Position numbers and translations under genes: made by a program. The notes beneath the pieces are model-generated. The model was not told the DNA's origin. It ran no database searches and saw only the letters and a list, made by a program, of their open reading frames with translations. Positions 28,675 through 32,000 of a stretch of 32,000 bases of DNA are shown here, piece after piece; the stretch's first letter is position 1; every line of letters starts with the position of its first letter. The stretch is from Longivirga aurantiaca (GTDB taxonomy: Bacteria; Actinomycetota; Actinomycetes; S36-B12; CAIYMF01): NCBI RefSeq assembly GCF_042660085.1, contig NZ_JBHSTI010000002.1, forward strand, positions 60,001 to 92,000. Direction: 5' to 3'.

Positions 28675-28965
28675 ATCGTCGCTGGAGAAGACTCGCGGCC
28701 CGTGGCCCGGCCTGCCAGGCTGACCCGTGTCCGCGGGGGCCGGGTGCTCGCCTGGAAGTCGTCCGTGTGTCCGGGAACTGCTGAATTCGCACGATTCGGT
28801 CACGATCGCGACGGATCCGGTGCCTGCCTGTCGATCTGACGACGGATACGTGGCTAAGGTTCGCCTCACACCGTGGGGCGCGGGCACGTCGTGCTCCCCG
28901 GTGCGCGCACCGGGGCGCCCCTCGGCTGCGCCGTACGCCGACGTGACGCGAGGACCAGCCCGCCC

Positions 28966-30021
28966 ATGACCGAGACCACCGACGCACCGGCTGACGCGTC
29001 GCTGCCCGCGATCCGGCTGCGCAGTCTGCGCAAGACCTTCGGCGAGGTGGTGGCCGTCGACTCGGTCGACCTCGACATCGCCGACGGCGAGTTCCTCACG
29101 CTGCTCGGCCCGTCGGGCTCGGGCAAGACCACCGTCCTGCGCATGATCGCCGGCTTCGAACTCCCCACCGCGGGCACGGTGGAGCTGGCCGGCGTCGACG
29201 TGACGCAGAAGGCTCCGTTCGACCGTGACGTCAACACGGTCTTCCAGGACTACGCGCTCTTCCCGCACATGAGCGTCCAGGAGAACGTCGAGTACGGCCT
29301 GAAGGTCAAGAAGGTCCCCAAGGCGGAGCGCCGCCAACGCGCCGAGGAGGCGCTCGCGTCCGTCCGCCTCGAGGGGTACGGCGACCGCAAGCCGACCGCG
29401 ATGTCCGGCGGCCAGCGCCAGCGTGTCGCCCTGGCCCGCGCGCTGGTCAACCGCCCCAAGGTCCTGCTGCTCGACGAGCCGCTCGGCGCCCTCGACCTCA
29501 AGCTCCGCGAGGAGATGCAGGTCGAGCTCAAGGCGATCCAGCGCGAGGTCGGCATCACGTTCGTGTTCGTGACGCACGACCAGGAAGAAGCGTTGACCAT
29601 GTCCGACCGCATCGCGGTCTTCAACAACGGTGGCATCGAGCAGATCGGCACGCCGGCGGAGGTCTACGAGCACCCCGCCACCGAGTTCGTGGCGGGATTC
29701 GTGGGCACCTCCAACCTGCTGCGCGGCGAGGCGTCTCGCGCGGTCCTCGGTCACGACGGCGTCTTCAGCGTGCGTCCGGAGAAGATCCGTGTCGCCGAGC
29801 CCGGTGCCGTGGCGGGCGAGGGCGAGGACTCCGCTCTCGGCAGGGTGCGCGAGGTCGTGTACGTGGGCAGCGGAACGCGGTACGTCGTCGACCTCGAGGT
29901 GGGCGGGTCGCTCGTCGCCCTCGAGCAGAACCAGCGCTCGACGTCGATGGACGTCATGGGCATGCGCGGCAGGCAGGTCCGCCTGGTGTGGCGCAAGGAG
30001 CACGAGTACAGGGTCGGCTGA
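28966..30021 (+). CDS. Spermidine/putrescine-type ABC transporter ATP-binding protein (PotA-like)
   Basis: Walker A GPSGSGKT, signature [15 protein letters not shown], Walker [14 protein letters not shown]-terminal TOBE-like domain. Confidence 0.9.
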   Translation: MTETTDAPADASLPAIRLRSLRKTFGEVVAVDSVDLDIADGEFLTLLGPSGSGKTTVLRMIAGFELPTAGTVELAGVDVTQKAPFDRDVNTVFQDYALFPHMSVQENVEYGLKVKKVPKAERRQRAEEALASVRLEGYGDRKPTAMSGGQRQRVALARALVNRPKVLLLDEPLGALDLKLREEMQVELKAIQREVGITFVFVTHDQEEALTMSDRIAVFNNGGIEQIGTPAEVYEHPATEFVAGFVGTSNLLRGEASRAVLGHDGVFSVRPEKIRVAEPGAVAGEGEDSALGRVREVVYVGSGTRYVVDLEVGGSLVALEQNQRSTSMDVMGMRGRQVRLVWRKEHEYRVG

Positions 30022-30143
30022 CCCCCACAGGCTCGCGCGACCGATCGCATCGGTCGCACGGAGATCGGCACGCGGGACCTGTCCCGCGTGGGTAGACGGC
30101 TCGGCGGCTCTGCCGGGACGACCAGGGAGAGGGAGGTACGCAG

Positions 30144-31340
30144 GTGAAGAAGAGCCTGCTCAAGGTCGCAGCCATCGGCTCGGCCGTCGTCCTGCTCGCC
30201 GCATGCGGCAGCAGCGACAGTGGTTCCGGGGACGGCTCCGCCGCTCCCGGTGGCAGCGCTTACGCCGGTCCGGTCGGCGCAGGTGAGGGCACGCTGAACG
30301 TGCTCGCGTGGCCCGGGTACGCCGAGGACGGCTCGACCGACCCCGCCGTCGACTGGGTCAGCCCGTTCGAGGAGGCGACCGGCTGCCAGGTCAACGTCAA
30401 GGTCTTCGCGACCTCGAACGAGGCCTTCACGCTGTTCCAGTCCGGCCAGTACGACGTCGTCTCGGCGTCCGGCGACGCGTCGCTGCGCATGGTCTACGGC
30501 AACCTCGTCCAGCCGGTCAACACCGGCCTCGTCCCGAACTACGCCGACATCCTTCCCGAGCTGAAGAACCAGCCGTGGAACACCGTGGGCGAGACGAACT
30601 ACGGCGTCCCCCACGGTCGCGGCGCCAACCTGCTGCTGTACCCGACCAAGGATTACCCGACCGCGCCCGACTCGTGGGCCGAGATGTTCGAGGCGGACTC
30701 GCCCCTCAAGGGCCAGGTCGCACCGTACGGCGACGCCATCTACATCGCCGACGCGGCCGTCTACCTGATGGCTACGCAGCCCGACCTCGGCATCAAGAAC
30801 CCGTACGCGCTCGACCAGACCCAGTTCGACGCCGCCATCGCGCTGCTCGAGCAGCAGAAGCCGCTGGTCGCGTACTACTGGGGCGACCTGGTCAAGCAGG
30901 GCCAGGACATCGCCAACGGCACCGTGAAGCAGAGCCAGGGCTGGCAGCTCACGGCGAACTTCACCAACTCGAGCACGCCCGGCGCGGTCGGCTCGGTGAA
31001 GCCGAAGGAGGGCACCACCGGCTGGTCCGACACGTGGATGGTCAAGAAGGACACCAAGAGCATCAACTGCTCGTACCTCTGGCTCGACCACGTGGCCTCG
31101 CCCGAGGTCCAGGCTCAGATCGCCGAGTACTTCGGCGAGGCCCCGGCCAACATCAAGGCCTGCGACCTCACGAAGAACGCGAACCACTGCGAGGAGTTCC
31201 ACGCCAGCGAGTCCGACTACTGGGACGACGTCTGGTACTGGACCACACCGACCGAGGCCTGCCTCGACGGCCGTACGGACGTCAAGTGCGTCACGTACGA
31301 CGAGTGGGTCAAGGCGTGGTCGTCGCTGACGGCCGCCTGA
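30144..31340 (+). CDS. Polyamine-type ABC transporter substrate-binding lipoprotein (PotD-like)
   Basis: GTG start; lipobox LLAACG; LNVLAWPGYAEDGSTDPAVDWVSPFEEATGCQVNVKVFATSNEAFTLF. Confidence 0.88.
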   Translation: MKKSLLKVAAIGSAVVLLAACGSSDSGSGDGSAAPGGSAYAGPVGAGEGTLNVLAWPGYAEDGSTDPAVDWVSPFEEATGCQVNVKVFATSNEAFTLFQSGQYDVVSASGDASLRMVYGNLVQPVNTGLVPNYADILPELKNQPWNTVGETNYGVPHGRGANLLLYPTKDYPTAPDSWAEMFEADSPLKGQVAPYGDAIYIADAAVYLMATQPDLGIKNPYALDQTQFDAAIALLEQQKPLVAYYWGDLVKQGQDIANGTVKQSQGWQLTANFTNSSTPGAVGSVKPKEGTTGWSDTWMVKKDTKSINCSYLWLDHVASPEVQAQIAEYFGEAPANIKACDLTKNANHCEEFHASESDYWDDVWYWTTPTEACLDGRTDVKCVTYDEWVKAWSSLTAA

Positions 31341-31357
31341 CCGGTTCGGTCTGACCG

Positions 31358-31389
31358 GGTCCGGGTGGCGCCACGGCGCCACCCGGACC
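31358..31389 (+). terminator. Inverted repeat in the potD-potB intergenic region (attenuator or terminator-like)
   Basis: GGTCCGGGTGGCGCC-ac-GGCGCCACCCGGACC, 15-bp perfect arms. Confidence 0.65.
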
Positions 31390-31445
31390 AACCCAGGATC
31401 TGACCCACTGCCCGTGTCTCACGGACGACGAAGGAGTACCACCTC

Positions 31446-32000
31446 ATGGCCAGCCAGACGGTGAGCCGGCCCGCGGCCGACGGCGGGCCGGGCCCGCTGC
31501 GCCGCGTGCAGTCCAGGCTGCACCGACGGCCCGGGCTGCGCGTGTCCGCGCTGCTCGCGCTGCCGATGACGTGGATGCTGCTGATCTACCTGATCCCGCT
31601 CGCCCTGATCTTCGTGACGGCGTTCTGGACGACGGACTCGTTCACAGGGCTGCTCCAGCGGTCGTTCTCGCTGGAGAACTTCCAGGACATCTTCACCGAC
31701 CCGAACTACTACCTCATGGTCGTGCGCACGGTCGGGATCGCCGCCGCGGTCACGGTCCTCTGCGTGCTGATCGGCCTGCCCATGGCCTTCTTCATGGCGC
31801 GGGTCGCCTCGCCCCGCTGGCAGCCGGCGCTCGTCGCGCTCGTGCTCACGCCGCTGTGGGCGTCGTACCTGGTGAAGGTCTACGCCTGGCGCACGATCCT
31901 CGCGCCCGAGGGCCCGGCCGAGTCCTGGCTCGGTGCGAGCCCGGGATACGGCCTGCCCGCGGTGGCGCTCACGCTCACCTACCTGTGGCTGCCGTACATG
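31446..32000 (+). CDS. Spermidine/putrescine-type ABC transporter permease (PotB-like), truncated by the window end
   Basis: VSALLALPMTWMLLIYLIPLALIFVTAFWTTDSFTG...GLPMAFFMARVASPRWQPALVALVLTPLWASYLVKVYAWRTIL; open to 32000. Confidence 0.88.
   Translation, partial: MASQTVSRPAADGGPGPLRRVQSRLHRRPGLRVSALLALPMTWMLLIYLIPLALIFVTAFWTTDSFTGLLQRSFSLENFQDIFTDPNYYLMVVRTVGIAAAVTVLCVLIGLPMAFFMARVASPRWQPALVALVLTPLWASYLVKVYAWRTILAPEGPAESWLGASPGYGLPAVALTLTYLWLPYM

Noticed and set aside
28845-28875. Possible DtxR/IdeR-like iron box (GTGGCTAAGGTTCGCCTCAC) upstream of the pot-like ATPase
   Set aside because: Only a partial match to the consensus by eye, with several core mismatches; not enough to claim iron regulation.
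29751-31391. 546-aa minus-strand ORF opposite the pot-like SBP gene
   Set aside because: Shadow ORF; the plus strand has a lipobox and a PotD-like sequence.

Overview
This is a high-GC actinobacterial window made of two compositional blocks. Block A (about 1-22,000) looks like a mosaic catabolic island. It contains an IclR regulator, a branched-chain-type ABC uptake system (SBP, permease, permease-ATPase fusion, ATPase), a ferredoxin reductase, a [3Fe-4S]/[4Fe-4S]-type ferredoxin, a two-subunit Rieske ring-hydroxylating oxygenase, a type I extradiol dioxygenase, three alpha/beta hydrolases (two of them paralogs), a FadR/GntR-type regulator, a HisD-family protein that appears to lack its catalytic and Zn residues, a PNPOx-like protein, a flavin amine oxidase, a class III aminotransferase, a YtcJ-like amidohydrolase, dodecin and a cupin. 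Block B (about 22,370-32,000) is ordinary chromosome: purS-purQ-purL, a flavin monooxygenase, an alpha/beta hydrolase, a sterol-carrier family protein, a stand-alone csrA-like gene and a pot-like ABC operon. The most interesting points are: (1) a putative new aromatic/amine degradation system with no visible dihydrodiol dehydrogenase; (2) a candidate regulon motif (RTATGTYACM) repeated at promoters across the island, with a 32-bp perfect palindrome on the start codon of the HisD-like gene; (3) the apparently dead HisD paralog; (4) duplication and decay scars, namely a livJ pseudogene and a duplicated PNPOx 3' end. All functional assignments come from reading motifs by eye. No database search was run.
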